Origin: an uncultured Candidatus Saccharibacteria bacterium
Lineage (GTDB): Bacteria; Patescibacteriota; Dojkabacteria; B142; OLB20
Reading direction: 5' to 3'
Length of the DNA stretch: 64,000 nt
Assembly: GCA_964420145.1 (NCBI GenBank)
Contig: CAYQRB010000002.1
Span: 4,056-68,055 of the forward strand
Both the position numbers and the translations under genes were made by a program. Under the pieces are notes generated by a model. It did not search any database. It was given only the letters and a program-made list of their open reading frames with translations, and had not been told where the DNA came from. Shown one piece after another: positions 20,701 to 29,514 of this stretch; the stretch's first letter is position 1, and each line of letters starts with the position of its first letter.

Positions 20701-21212
20701 TCTGTTTCTCCTAGAAGTAGGTATTGATTGAAATTACTTCCTAAACAACCACTTAAAGCAATAATCCCTTCTCCGTATTGAGAGAGAAGGTCTTTATCAA
20801 TTCTTGGCTTATAATAAAATCCTTCTATAAATGCCCTTGAAACAATTTTTAATAGATTATGATAACCAGTTTTGTTTTTAGCTAGAAGCGTGAGATGATA
20901 TCGCTTGTCATCAATCCCTGCTGTTTTGTCGAACCTAGTTCTTTTGGCAACATAAACCTCGCATCCGATGATTGGTTTGATTCCTTGATTTTTACACTCT
21001 TGCCAAAACTCAAATGATCCATACATTACTCCGTGATCGGTGAGTGCGGCAGAGTTCATACCGTATTCTTTCACTTTGGAAACATAGTCAGAAATTTTCG
21101 CAATTCCATCAAGTAGGGAGTACTCAGAGTGGGCATGCAGGTGTATGAAATTGGATCCCATAGAAACAAATTCGGTTAAGAAAATAACTATGAATAGAAA
21201 GAGTATACTCAA
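17769..21212 (-). CDS. dnaE: DNA polymerase III alpha subunit
   Basis: N-terminal PHP domain (HLHAHSEYSLLDGI). 1147 aa, collinear with DnaE, including the C-terminal OB region. Confidence 0.9.
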   Translation of the reverse strand: MSILFLFIVIFLTEFVSMGSNFIHLHAHSEYSLLDGIAKISDYVSKVKEYGMNSAALTDHGVMYGSFEFWQECKNQGIKPIIGCEVYVAKRTRFDKTAGIDDKRYHLTLLAKNKTGYHNLLKIVSRAFIEGFYYKPRIDKDLLSQYGEGIIALSGCLGSNFNQYLLLGETEKAIDWIKFLQKSCDEVYIELQRNGIEESHNLIPKQIKIAQDLNISYVATCDTHYIEQEDHKVQEIVWCINDGKKLDDPMRRQYGSTEFYIKNTDELKKLFSDYPDAVTNTQRLADSVEEYNIMFERVQPKYDQTLSPNKTQEKLKTNVFTKLPQRYETLTPELQERIDYELKTIHEKGYDDYFLVVEDYVDWARSQGIMVGPGRGSGAGSVVSYILGITELDPFEFDLIFERFLNPERPSPPDFDIDFQDDRRDELFHYMSEKYGVDNTSFIGTFGRLKTKAAIRDVARVMGIDLQIADQLSKMVIVKFGRVYSIEKMRAEVKEFDDIIKNSDELEELASYVSKLENLARHVSTHACGYLVTPAPITNYVPIQKEMRGDKLITQVEGHNIEYLGLMKFDFLGLSNLTVIQNTLKQIKRSQGKTIKINKLPLDDSKTYELFQKGNTTGIFQFESEGMKKYLKDLKPNKFEDLIFLNAAYRPGPMKYIPDYILRREGKQKVDYIHPSLEPILKNTFGFAIYQEQVINIAVKFANYSLGEADMLRRAMGKKKPEVMAKEKELFFKKAVKNGQKQEIAEKIFSYLEPFADYGFNKSHSAAYSLIAYQTAYLKAHFPLEFLAGLIETDINTIDKLERDLKEAKRMGINLLPPDINKSTSDFKIENDKMIRYGLAGIKGVSSKSIDNIIYTREKNGTFQNLDEFIIQVGGKNISKKDIENLIKVGAFDKFGSRNQLLEVLPTILLKVKKNEEATLGGQAMLFGGTPEDIKIHATSLPNTIQDTDSEKLNWERELLGVYLSKHPIDKYSRLIFLNNFTTLEKVKKLSSGTKVKLIVFLSKVKKIYTKKSSKAMAFVELEDKEGKIDGVIFPDTYEKISSELIENSVIFIEASMSTRNDELSLVINDVAKADKIKSQNTMVIDISEENDKNRLQSIKDAIIQNPGRVKLIIFYGDNKTKKSIEKKVNLTPEFITLLKKYIQSEQ

Positions 21213-21238
21213 TCTATCGCAACAGAATCAAAAAATAA

Positions 21239-21892
21239 TTAAATACTATTGGCGACTTTGAGCATATTCTTGGAGTGGAGTTCCCAGTTATGTTGTCCAT
21301 ATGCCCTAGAGAGGCTTACAAAATCCCAACCATACCTAGAGGCATATTGTCTCGATATTTTAGGAACAAGATCGCGAAAAGCAACTTCGTATGATGGGTA
21401 TTTTACTCCATTTAAATATCCAAAACAGTTGTATGAAAATGACTGCCTACATGAACCTGATTCTATAACCATAATAGCAAGAAGTACCCTATAATCTGCA
21501 TTGTTTTGCTCGGAAAGATCTACGATTATTGTTGCTATTTCTTCATTAGCAACAGGAGATTTCACTCTTTGTAAATGTGTTAGTGTTCTATTGATTTTAT
21601 CTTCTAACATCTTCCTACGAGCTTCTATCATAGCTTGTTCTTCGTTATATTGAGCTAGCGCTTCTTCTGCTACTGTGTAAACCTCTCTATTTGGAACAGG
21701 AATATAGAGGTCATTAACGGGAGAGTTAAAGTCATATTGGAAAAAAACATCACTTCTAGCACTAGCCTGATTGTGATTAACTAAGATAGACATAAAAATA
21801 GAAGATATAACAACCATAAAAGTTACCATATATCTTCCCCAGAAAATAAACCGGTCTAGATTTTTTTTATTACTAATCTCTTTTTTTAACAA
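21239..21892 (-). CDS. Hypothetical membrane-anchored protein; weak glucosaminidase (FlgJ-like) peptidoglycan hydrolase similarity
   Basis: N-terminal TM helix. C-terminal LLAIMVIESGSCRQSFSYNCFGY...YPSYEVAFRDLV loosely resembles the glucosaminidase-domain pattern (ESGwG...NlFGik). Confidence 0.4.
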   Translation of the reverse strand: MLKKEISNKKNLDRFIFWGRYMVTFMVVISSIFMSILVNHNQASARSDVFFQYDFNSPVNDLYIPVPNREVYTVAEEALAQYNEEQAMIEARRKMLEDKINRTLTHLQRVKSPVANEEIATIIVDLSEQNNADYRVLLAIMVIESGSCRQSFSYNCFGYLNGVKYPSYEVAFRDLVPKISRQYASRYGWDFVSLSRAYGQHNWELHSKNMLKVANSI

Positions 21893-22015
21893 GTTCGTAC
21901 CTAAATTAACATTAGAAAACTACGAAAGAACAATATAACAAAATTAAATAAGGCTTGCAATAAACCAAGAGCTAAGGAATAATGAAAGGTCATTAATTTA
22001 GACTATATACTACAA

Positions 22016-22897
22016 ATGAAAGTTAAAACAGTAATCATCCCCGCCGCAGGTTTCGGCACTAGATTTTTACCTTGGGTTAAAGAAGTTCCCAAAGAAATGC
22101 TCCCCTTAGTAAACAAACCAATCATCCAACATGTGGTAGAAGAATGCCTATCTGCTGGTTTGGAGAATATAGTTATTGTAGTGAGAGAGGGAAACAACAT
22201 TGTAGAAAATTATTTTAAGAAACCCACACCTGAGGTTTATGATCTTCTTCTAAGTGTAGGGAAAGAGTCGAGGTTTAGAGAAGTATCCGAAGTTTTGTCA
22301 TATAAGGAAGTAAAAATTGTAAAACAAAGAACAGATTTACCTTATGGTAATGGATCTCCTGTGTTATCAGCAATGTCTGAGGTTCCACAAGGAGAGCCTT
22401 TTGCTGTTTGTTTTGCAGACGATTTAGTATTATCAGAGAAAAGTGGAATAGGTCAATTACTTGAATATTTTGAATATAATGAGATTGATGGAGTAATTGG
22501 AGCTCAGGAAGTGGACAGAAGCAAGGTAAACAGGTATGGGATAATCAAACCCAAAGAGGTGGTTGATGAAAAGCATGGTCAGGTTGAATATATTGTAGAA
22601 AAGCCTAGTGCAGATAGCTCTCCAAGTAACTTAGTAACATATGGAAGGTATGTTTTGCCATACAAGGTTATGGAGGTTTTAAGTGAAGTTAATGTTGGTC
22701 TGGATCAAGAGCTTTGGCTTCCTGATGCTAATCACAGAGTCGCTCAGAGTAATAAAATAATGTATAAAGTTATTGATGGTGAGTGGTATACAACAGGTGA
22801 CCCAATAAATTACTATGAGGCTTTGACTAGGTTTTATCTAGCACACCAGGAGTATTCGGATAAAATTAGAGATATTATTTCGAACTTACCTACTTAA
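22016..22897 (+). CDS. galU: UTP-glucose-1-phosphate uridylyltransferase
   Basis: VIIPAAGFGTRFLPWVKEVPKEMLPLVNKPIIQHVVEE matches the GalU N-terminal motif. Confidence 0.85.
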   Translation: MKVKTVIIPAAGFGTRFLPWVKEVPKEMLPLVNKPIIQHVVEECLSAGLENIVIVVREGNNIVENYFKKPTPEVYDLLLSVGKESRFREVSEVLSYKEVKIVKQRTDLPYGNGSPVLSAMSEVPQGEPFAVCFADDLVLSEKSGIGQLLEYFEYNEIDGVIGAQEVDRSKVNRYGIIKPKEVVDEKHGQVEYIVEKPSADSSPSNLVTYGRYVLPYKVMEVLSEVNVGLDQELWLPDANHRVAQSNKIMYKVIDGEWYTTGDPINYYEALTRFYLAHQEYSDKIRDIISNLPT

Positions 22898-24070
22898 TAG
22901 TTTGATAATTTCTCGAAAAATATTATCCGAAGCATTTGGAGGAACCATAAGTTTTGCAGATTTTTGGACTATGCCTAATGGTTTCTTATTAAAGCCAGTT
23001 TTTTCCAGATAGTGGTTATAAACATCTTGAATTGCGATATAGATCTCATCAGGAGTTAGGTTGGTGTGTTGGATGACTATTTTCCCAAGCCCTATTTTTG
23101 AAACCATCTTTGCATTTAGCTCTTGTTCACTATTTGATGACCAAGGTATTGGTATAAGTATAGATAGAACCCCTGTTGTTAAAATTTCTGCGACAGTATT
23201 TGCTCCTGCTCTCGATAAAACCATATTTGCGCTATTTAGATAACTATAATATTTTTTACTATCCGCTATTTCTACTACCTTGTAGTTATTTTTTAAGTTA
23301 TCGGGCAGATTGTTTCTAAAAGCAACAGATTTCTGATAGTCGTTGGTTATGGTGGAGTTACCCGTTATATGAATAATATTCATTTTTTGTAGTAAGGTGG
23401 GCAGGATTTCTAGCAACCTCCAGTTAATTGTATTCGCACCTTGATTGCCACCCATAACTAGAAGGATTGGAAGATTATTATTAAAATTATATTTTTGAAT
23501 ATTTTTATCAAATAGTTCCTCTCTTAGAGGGAGACCGGTATAGACTATCTTCTTTTTGGGGAAATATTGTGAAGAATCTTCCCATGAGATACACACTATA
23601 TCTGAAAATTGCGCAATAACTCTATTGGTAAGACCCGATATGATTGTTTGTTCGTGAGTAATCACTTTTTTTCTAAAGAGCTTTGCTACTATAACGATAG
23701 GTAGAGCTATATGGCCTCCGAAAGAGAGTATCAGTTTGGGATTATACTTAATTATAATAAAAATAGAATTTATAAAACCATAAGGGATAAGGATAGTATT
23801 GTAAAGTACAGGAATCAGTGTTTTTAAAGTTACTTTTCGCCATAACTTTCCTGATTTAATTTCAACAAACGGAATATTGTTTTTTTTAACTGTTAAATAT
23901 TCAAGACTATAATTTTTATTTTGTGTTTGAGAGTATTTTGACCCAATCCAGAGTAAGTTGTTGAAACCATTTTTCTCTAGTATAGATTTGATAGCCATCG
24001 CTGGAGTAAAGTGCCCACCTATGATAGCAATTTTGGTTTGTTGTAGTTTTTCTTGTATTTCTTTATCCAT
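22886..24070 (-). CDS. murG: Undecaprenyldiphospho-muramoylpentapeptide beta-N-acetylglucosaminyltransferase MurG (GT28)
   Basis: N-terminal G-loop (IAIIGGHFTPAMAI) and C-terminal LLVMGGNQGANTIN...AGANTVAEI motifs. Adjacent to ftsW. Confidence 0.8.
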   Translation of the reverse strand: MDKEIQEKLQQTKIAIIGGHFTPAMAIKSILEKNGFNNLLWIGSKYSQTQNKNYSLEYLTVKKNNIPFVEIKSGKLWRKVTLKTLIPVLYNTILIPYGFINSIFIIIKYNPKLILSFGGHIALPIVIVAKLFRKKVITHEQTIISGLTNRVIAQFSDIVCISWEDSSQYFPKKKIVYTGLPLREELFDKNIQKYNFNNNLPILLVMGGNQGANTINWRLLEILPTLLQKMNIIHITGNSTITNDYQKSVAFRNNLPDNLKNNYKVVEIADSKKYYSYLNSANMVLSRAGANTVAEILTTGVLSILIPIPWSSNSEQELNAKMVSKIGLGKIVIQHTNLTPDEIYIAIQDVYNHYLEKTGFNKKPLGIVQKSAKLMVPPNASDNIFREIIKLLSR

Positions 24071-24125
24071 AGGACATTATAAAGCGTTACTACTATTTAT
24101 CAATAGGAGCTGTAGTAAATAAGTA

Positions 24126-25403
24126 TTAGTTAAAAATATCACTAATCCAATTTTTAGGATTTATTTTACTAAGTATACTGGTTTTGTGTTTTTTAAGTTT
24201 CTTTCGTGAAGTTGTACGAGGGATTTTCTCTTTTGATGTTGTTCTACTAATATTGAGTAAAAGACCGATTGCAGTTAAGTTTATAATAGTGGAGCTTCCC
24301 CCGTAACTTATAAAAGGCAAGGTGTTCCCGTTGATAGGTATCAACGCCACATTTGACGCAATATGTAGGGTAGCCTGTATTGTAATCCAAGTAGTGATAG
24401 ATATTGCCAAAAGATAGCCGAGTTTATCAGGTGCATTTTTAGCGATAGCGTATCCTCTATACAGGATAATAAAAAATGCTAGTACTAATAACACACTGCC
24501 AATAAATCCAAACTCTTCTGCAAAGATTGCAAAAATTGTATCACTAAATGCAGTATCACCGAGATAGTGGAATTTTTGTCTGGAATTACCAAAACCCACC
24601 CCCAATATGCCACCTGAGGCTACCGCAACTAGTATCTGTTTTAATTGATAACCTGCCCCATAAGGATCTTGTATTGCAGAATTAATCCAAAAATCTCGCC
24701 AATTAGTAAATCGTTCGAGTCTATAAGAAGCTGTTTTCATAGCTACAGTAAGTACCCCTATAAACATAAGCAATACGGAGCCCGATCCTATAAAATGAAG
24801 TAAGTCATTACCTGCTATAAAATAAACAATTAGACTAGTAGCTACTAAAATAAAAGTAGTATCTAGATCTGGCTCCATAAGAACCAATATAGAAACTACA
24901 AAAAGTGAAAACAAAAAAGGTAGGAGATCTTTGGTTAGATGTTTTGTGATATTTTCTCTTGTTATATTACTTACTTCTTTCCGTTTGGCAAGCCAACTAG
25001 ATAAGTATATTAAAAAACAGAGTTTAGCAATTTCTGATGGTTGCAAGTCAAAAAATCCAAAATCAATCCAACGCTTTATTGGGTCATTCCAGTTTAATAA
25101 TAAAACTACAATCAAGAGCAAAGTAGCAAACCCCAACATATATGGGGCTAGCTTGGGAAGTATACGGTAATCGATCTTAAACGCAATATATCCAGAAATC
25201 AATCCTATTGCAATCCAAATTAATTGTCTTATGAAGTAATGCTGAGGTTCAAATCCCAGTTTGAGTGCTACTAAAACACTTCCACTATATACCATTACAG
25301 CACCAAATGCTGTTAGTAAACTTATAGTCGCAAAGAGTGTAAAATCTAGAGTTTTGTCTGTTTTGGGTCGTTTGTGTTTTTGAAACATAGTTAATTCGTG
25401 CAA
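24126..25403 (-). CDS. ftsW: SEDS-family peptidoglycan polymerase, FtsW-like (second SEDS paralog in the window)
   Basis: RWIDFGFFDLQPSEIAKL...NTLPFISYGGSS blocks. Sits immediately upstream of murG, the classic ftsW-murG order. Confidence 0.8.
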   Translation of the reverse strand: MHELTMFQKHKRPKTDKTLDFTLFATISLLTAFGAVMVYSGSVLVALKLGFEPQHYFIRQLIWIAIGLISGYIAFKIDYRILPKLAPYMLGFATLLLIVVLLLNWNDPIKRWIDFGFFDLQPSEIAKLCFLIYLSSWLAKRKEVSNITRENITKHLTKDLLPFLFSLFVVSILVLMEPDLDTTFILVATSLIVYFIAGNDLLHFIGSGSVLLMFIGVLTVAMKTASYRLERFTNWRDFWINSAIQDPYGAGYQLKQILVAVASGGILGVGFGNSRQKFHYLGDTAFSDTIFAIFAEEFGFIGSVLLVLAFFIILYRGYAIAKNAPDKLGYLLAISITTWITIQATLHIASNVALIPINGNTLPFISYGGSSTIINLTAIGLLLNISRTTSKEKIPRTTSRKKLKKHKTSILSKINPKNWISDIFN

Positions 25404-25449
25404 ATAACTACCCCTAGTGTACTATAATATATTATATAAAAATATTAAA

Positions 25450-25683
25450 ATGGCACAAATAGATAGAGACATCAATATTTCTGTCCTTGCTATAAATTAT
25501 CCTGAAATAGTTGACTTTTTAATGCAAGAGTATGGTTTCCACTGTATAGGGTGTTTTGTCGCAGAGTTTGAAACACTAGAGGAAGGTGCTAGAGTACACG
25601 GGATCGTAGATGACGATTTTGACGAAATGCTTTTAGCTATTAATAACAAGGCAAAAGAAATAAGTAATAGCAAAACACCTTAA
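25450..25683 (+). CDS. DUF1858-like small redox protein (hybrid-cluster-protein-associated disulfide domain)
   Basis: INYPEIVDFLMQEYGFHCIGCFVAEFETLEEGARVHGIVDDDF fits the DUF1858 pattern. The ATG at 25450 is preferred over the GTG at 25417. Confidence 0.55.
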   Translation: MAQIDRDINISVLAINYPEIVDFLMQEYGFHCIGCFVAEFETLEEGARVHGIVDDDFDEMLLAINNKAKEISNSKTP

Positions 25684-25931
25684 AAAGGTAATTCCATTTT
25701 TTCCTCAGAGTCATTATCACTGGTATCATCGTCTTGATAGTTTAACTTGATCTCATTGATCTTCATCTCAATTCTCTTTAAATCCTTTTTAACCTCAGAG
25801 ACTAGTTTTGATGCTTCTTCATATTTTTTTACAGCTTCATCAAGCTCAATTTCCTCTTGATTATTAAAATATTGACTAATTTTTTCAAGTTCAGTGATTT
25901 TTTCTTGTAATTTTATTTTTTTATCAGCCAT
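25680..25931 (-). CDS. xseB: Exodeoxyribonuclease VII small subunit
   Basis: 83-aa helical, acidic protein with an XseB-like profile (FE..L..LEKI...LE...EL.L..A...YE.G..L). Directly downstream of xseA. Confidence 0.8.
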   Translation of the reverse strand: MADKKIKLQEKITELEKISQYFNNQEEIELDEAVKKYEEASKLVSEVKKDLKRIEMKINEIKLNYQDDDTSDNDSEEKMELPF

Positions 25932-25949
25932 TTCAAATTTTATAATAAA

Positions 25950-27212
25950 TTATTTTATCTTTTTGACTATAGATGTGATTTCGCCATCTTTTACTACTAG
26001 GTTTATTTGGTCACCTAGCGAAACTTTACTAATAGAACTTATTATATCTCCATTATTCTTTTTTATAATAGCATATCCTCGTTGAATAACATTTTTAGGA
26101 TTTAGAGAATTAAATAAGTGTTCATAATAAGATATTTCTTTTAACGAGTTTTTAATATATTGATCGAACCTGTCTAGTATAGAGGAAGTAGTAGCTACTC
26201 TGTGTTTATAATTATTTAGATAATTTATAATTTCAGTTTTGAAACTAAAACCATAATTATGAAAAATTGTATTTTGTTGATTTAAAATAGAAAGGATCTT
26301 GTCGTACAGGTTGTCTATATAGATTTCTTTCGTAGTAAGTGTAATTTGTTGTTTTATCAAATTATAGATTTGGTCCGTCTGTGTCGTGATAGCGGTAATA
26401 ACAGAGGTGGTATTAGAGATGAAGTAGTAGGCGGCCTGTGAGGGTGTAGATGCTCTTATATCTGCAGATAACTCAGCTATTGTGATATCCTTTTCGTGAC
26501 CTATTGCAACCATAGTTGTAGATTTGCTAGCAAAAATTGCTCTTGCCACTTTTTCATCATTAAAGGCGCTCAAGTCTTCTAAGCTCCCTCCTCCTCTAGT
26601 GAGCACAATGCAATCGTAATCAAATGTCTGTGCTGATTTAAGTGCGAAAACAACTTCTTTCACAGCCTGTTTTCCTTGTACTGCGACTGGGTATAGATCA
26701 ATATCTAAACAATTTGAATTTTCTTGAAGTATTTTGAGAAAGTCGGTTGAGGCTGCAGAACCTTTGGCTGTGATTAGTGCTATTTTGGTAACTAACCGTG
26801 GAAGCGGTCTTTTTCTCTAAACATCAAAGAGACCTTCTTTCTCTAGTTTGTTTTTTAAAATTTCAAGAGCTTTTGAAATAGCACCATCTCCAAGTGGTAG
26901 TATCTTATAGATTGAAATACTAAATTTACCGTAAGGAGAATATATTTGGGGCCGACCCCAAACAGCTACTTCTATTCCTTGCTCGATCATATTTAGTCCT
27001 TCGATTCTTGGTGCATATCCGCTAATACTCACTATTGCATTTTCCTGTTTATCTTTTAATACAATGTTAACCCCTTGTCCCTTGGATATTGAAAATTCTG
27101 TTACTTCTCCTTCTACTACTACTTCTCCGATAGTTTGTATTTGTAAGTTTACCAGGTCATTAAGTTGTTTAACTCCTAGTCTAAGGGTGGTGTTTGAATT
27201 AGATATATTCAT
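25950..27212 (-). pseudogene. xseA: Exodeoxyribonuclease VII large subunit (xseA) interrupted by a single in-frame TAG (26817-26819); otherwise full-length
   Basis: N-piece carries the OB fold (...VWGRPQIYSPYGKFSISIYKILPLGDGAISKALEILKNKLEKEGLFDV). In the same frame, after TAG, it continues RKRPLPRLVTKIALITAKGSAASTDFLKILQ...YPVAVQGKQA...LTRGGGSLEDLSAFNDEKVARAIF...GHEKDITIAELSADIRASTPS. This is collinear with E. coli XseA ([13 protein letters not shown]...). Confidence 0.8.
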
Positions 27213-27384
27213 AATTAGTCAAGTTTTCTAATATTATGATATCAGATTGTTTACTCTATATCTTTACATCAAATAGTATTTTACTATTTTTGAGTGCCAG
27301 GTATGCACATATAGATAAATACCAGTTTATTTGCCGATAGGGAAATCATAAGGTAAAATACAGTCACTTGTTAACTGTTGATTT

Positions 27385-29514
27385 ATGACTACTCAAAGCA
27401 AACTTTTAACTATAAAAGAAGGGTTTTCCACACTGAAAATAGAGCAGGTTTACAAAGATAGTGCATTAGTAAATATAGAGAGATGGCTAACTGGAGAGGA
27501 GTTCACAGAATATATCCCACAGATTGATTATCTGATTGAGTCAAGAAAATGGGATTTATTATTAGATTGTTTTTATCAAGTTGTCCCGTTTGGTACAGGA
27601 GGAAGACGAGGCCCAGTAGGTATCGGCCCCAACAGGATCAATATGTGGACTATACAAACATCAGCACAAGGGCATTCTCAATATTTACTAAAACAGTTCG
27701 GAGACGAGGCAAAAGAAAGAGGTGTGATTATAGCTTATGATGTTAGAGCGTATCTAAACGAAACAGAGTATGATAATAATAGACCAAACCCAGTATACGG
27801 ACTGGATTGTAAAACGCTAGCAATTAAAGCTTCCGAAGTCTATGTAGCCAATGGTATTTATGTCCGTATATTTTCTGAGATTACACCTACTCCCGAGCTT
27901 TCGTTTATGGTTCGTGAGCTAAATGCGGTTTCGGGGATTATGATTAGTGCGAGTCATAATCCACCTGATCACAATGGTCAAAAGGTCATAAACGAAACCG
28001 GCGGTCAGTTAGTCCCACCCTTTGATCAGAATCTTGTAGATGTTGTAGTAAACGAAGTTAAGCAGATACAGGTAGTAAATTATGAACTAGCTAGGAGAGA
28101 TAATTTAATAATTGATATAACAAAAGAACAACACGAAAAATATATAGAAGCTACTAAAAAGATTTCTCTTAATTCAAACTATAGGGGAATTAAGATTTTG
28201 TTCAGCCCATTACACGGAACTTCTGCCCACACAATACCACAAATACTCTCAGGGATGGGGTTTGACTGTATACTGGATAAGGCTTCCAGTGTACCTGATC
28301 CGCGATTTTCTACAGTAATGTTTAATATCCCAAATCCCGAGGTTATAGAATCTTTTTCCAATATTATTCCACAAGCAGAAGGAGTGGGAGCTGAGATTAT
28401 ATTATCTGCAGATCCTGATGCTGATCGCATTGGACTTATGTCTAGGGAGCTAGATAAGTGGAGGTTTTATACAGGGAATGAAATTGCGATATTAATTACT
28501 AAATATGTTCTTTCCGAACTCAAAGAAAATGGCAAGTTACTACCTAGTAACACATTGGTTAAAACTGTAGTTACTACAAATATGATTTCTGTTTTGGCAA
28601 AACATTATGGAGTAAAAATAGAATCAGATCTCTTGGTAGGTTTTAAATATATTGCAGAAGTAATGGATAACCTCGAGGTTTCAGGTAAAATCTCGGATTT
28701 TTTACTAGGTATGGAGGAAAGTCACGGATATACAGCAGGTAACTATATTCGCGAGAAAGACGCTTCTGTTCCTGCTATATTGATTTCAGAACTTGCCTCA
28801 AAGCTAAAAATGCAAAATATGACATTGGGTGAGTATTTGGATAATATTTATCAAGAATATGGATATTTCTTAAATTATCTAACAGAGATAAGGCTTCCCG
28901 GTGCAGAAGGAATGTCCTCTATTGCTAAAATCCAAAGCACTATTAGGGAACAAAAGCCACTCAAGTTTGGTGCTTTTGATGTTAAATCTATTATAGATCG
29001 CTGGGAGGGTGGTGACTTTTTGTCCCCTACTGACAAGGAATCTCGCAATGTATTAATAATTAATTTTGAACCGGGAGACTCTCTCCATCAACTACAAGTA
29101 GTTGTAAGGCCTTCTGGTACTGAGCCAAAGTTAAAAGTATATATTGAAATCGGTGCCAAGCCTGATTCATCCAAGACGCTAGATGACTTAAAGTTACTTT
29201 CTCAAGATTATAAAGATAAACTTGAAAAGGCAGTATTGACTTATATGTATAGTATAATTGGTATTAATTTCCCAGAGAGAGGATTTCTTTTGTTCTGGCA
29301 ACTCCCTGCACAAAGTAAGATGAAGTACTTTGAAATCGAACCAGAGATTGCTAATTTAAAATTAATAACAGACCTTACGGAGAGAAAGCAGAAACTGGAT
29401 AAGTTACTTGCGTTTTTGGGAGCTGATCCTGTTGTAAAAGTAGATAAGGCGTTTAGAGCAAGATATGAGACTGGTATTTTAGAATATTTGGACCTAATAA
29501 TTTTATATGACTAA
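27385..29514 (+). CDS. Alpha-D-phosphohexomutase (phosphoglucomutase/phosphomannomutase family) with a C-terminal extension
   Basis: Active-site motif GIMISASHNPPDHNG. 709 aa. Stop overlaps the start of the downstream helicase gene. Confidence 0.8.
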   Translation: MTTQSKLLTIKEGFSTLKIEQVYKDSALVNIERWLTGEEFTEYIPQIDYLIESRKWDLLLDCFYQVVPFGTGGRRGPVGIGPNRINMWTIQTSAQGHSQYLLKQFGDEAKERGVIIAYDVRAYLNETEYDNNRPNPVYGLDCKTLAIKASEVYVANGIYVRIFSEITPTPELSFMVRELNAVSGIMISASHNPPDHNGQKVINETGGQLVPPFDQNLVDVVVNEVKQIQVVNYELARRDNLIIDITKEQHEKYIEATKKISLNSNYRGIKILFSPLHGTSAHTIPQILSGMGFDCILDKASSVPDPRFSTVMFNIPNPEVIESFSNIIPQAEGVGAEIILSADPDADRIGLMSRELDKWRFYTGNEIAILITKYVLSELKENGKLLPSNTLVKTVVTTNMISVLAKHYGVKIESDLLVGFKYIAEVMDNLEVSGKISDFLLGMEESHGYTAGNYIREKDASVPAILISELASKLKMQNMTLGEYLDNIYQEYGYFLNYLTEIRLPGAEGMSSIAKIQSTIREQKPLKFGAFDVKSIIDRWEGGDFLSPTDKESRNVLIINFEPGDSLHQLQVVVRPSGTEPKLKVYIEIGAKPDSSKTLDDLKLLSQDYKDKLEKAVLTYMYSIIGINFPERGFLLFWQLPAQSKMKYFEIEPEIANLKLITDLTERKQKLDKLLAFLGADPVVKVDKAFRARYETGILEYLDLIILYD

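Noticed and set aside
25417-25449. Longer GTG-initiated form of the DUF1858 ORF (25417)
   Set aside because: It would start 14 nt from the divergent ftsW start and add a YYNILYKNIK low-complexity leader. The ATG at 25450 gives the expected domain boundary. Uncertain either way.
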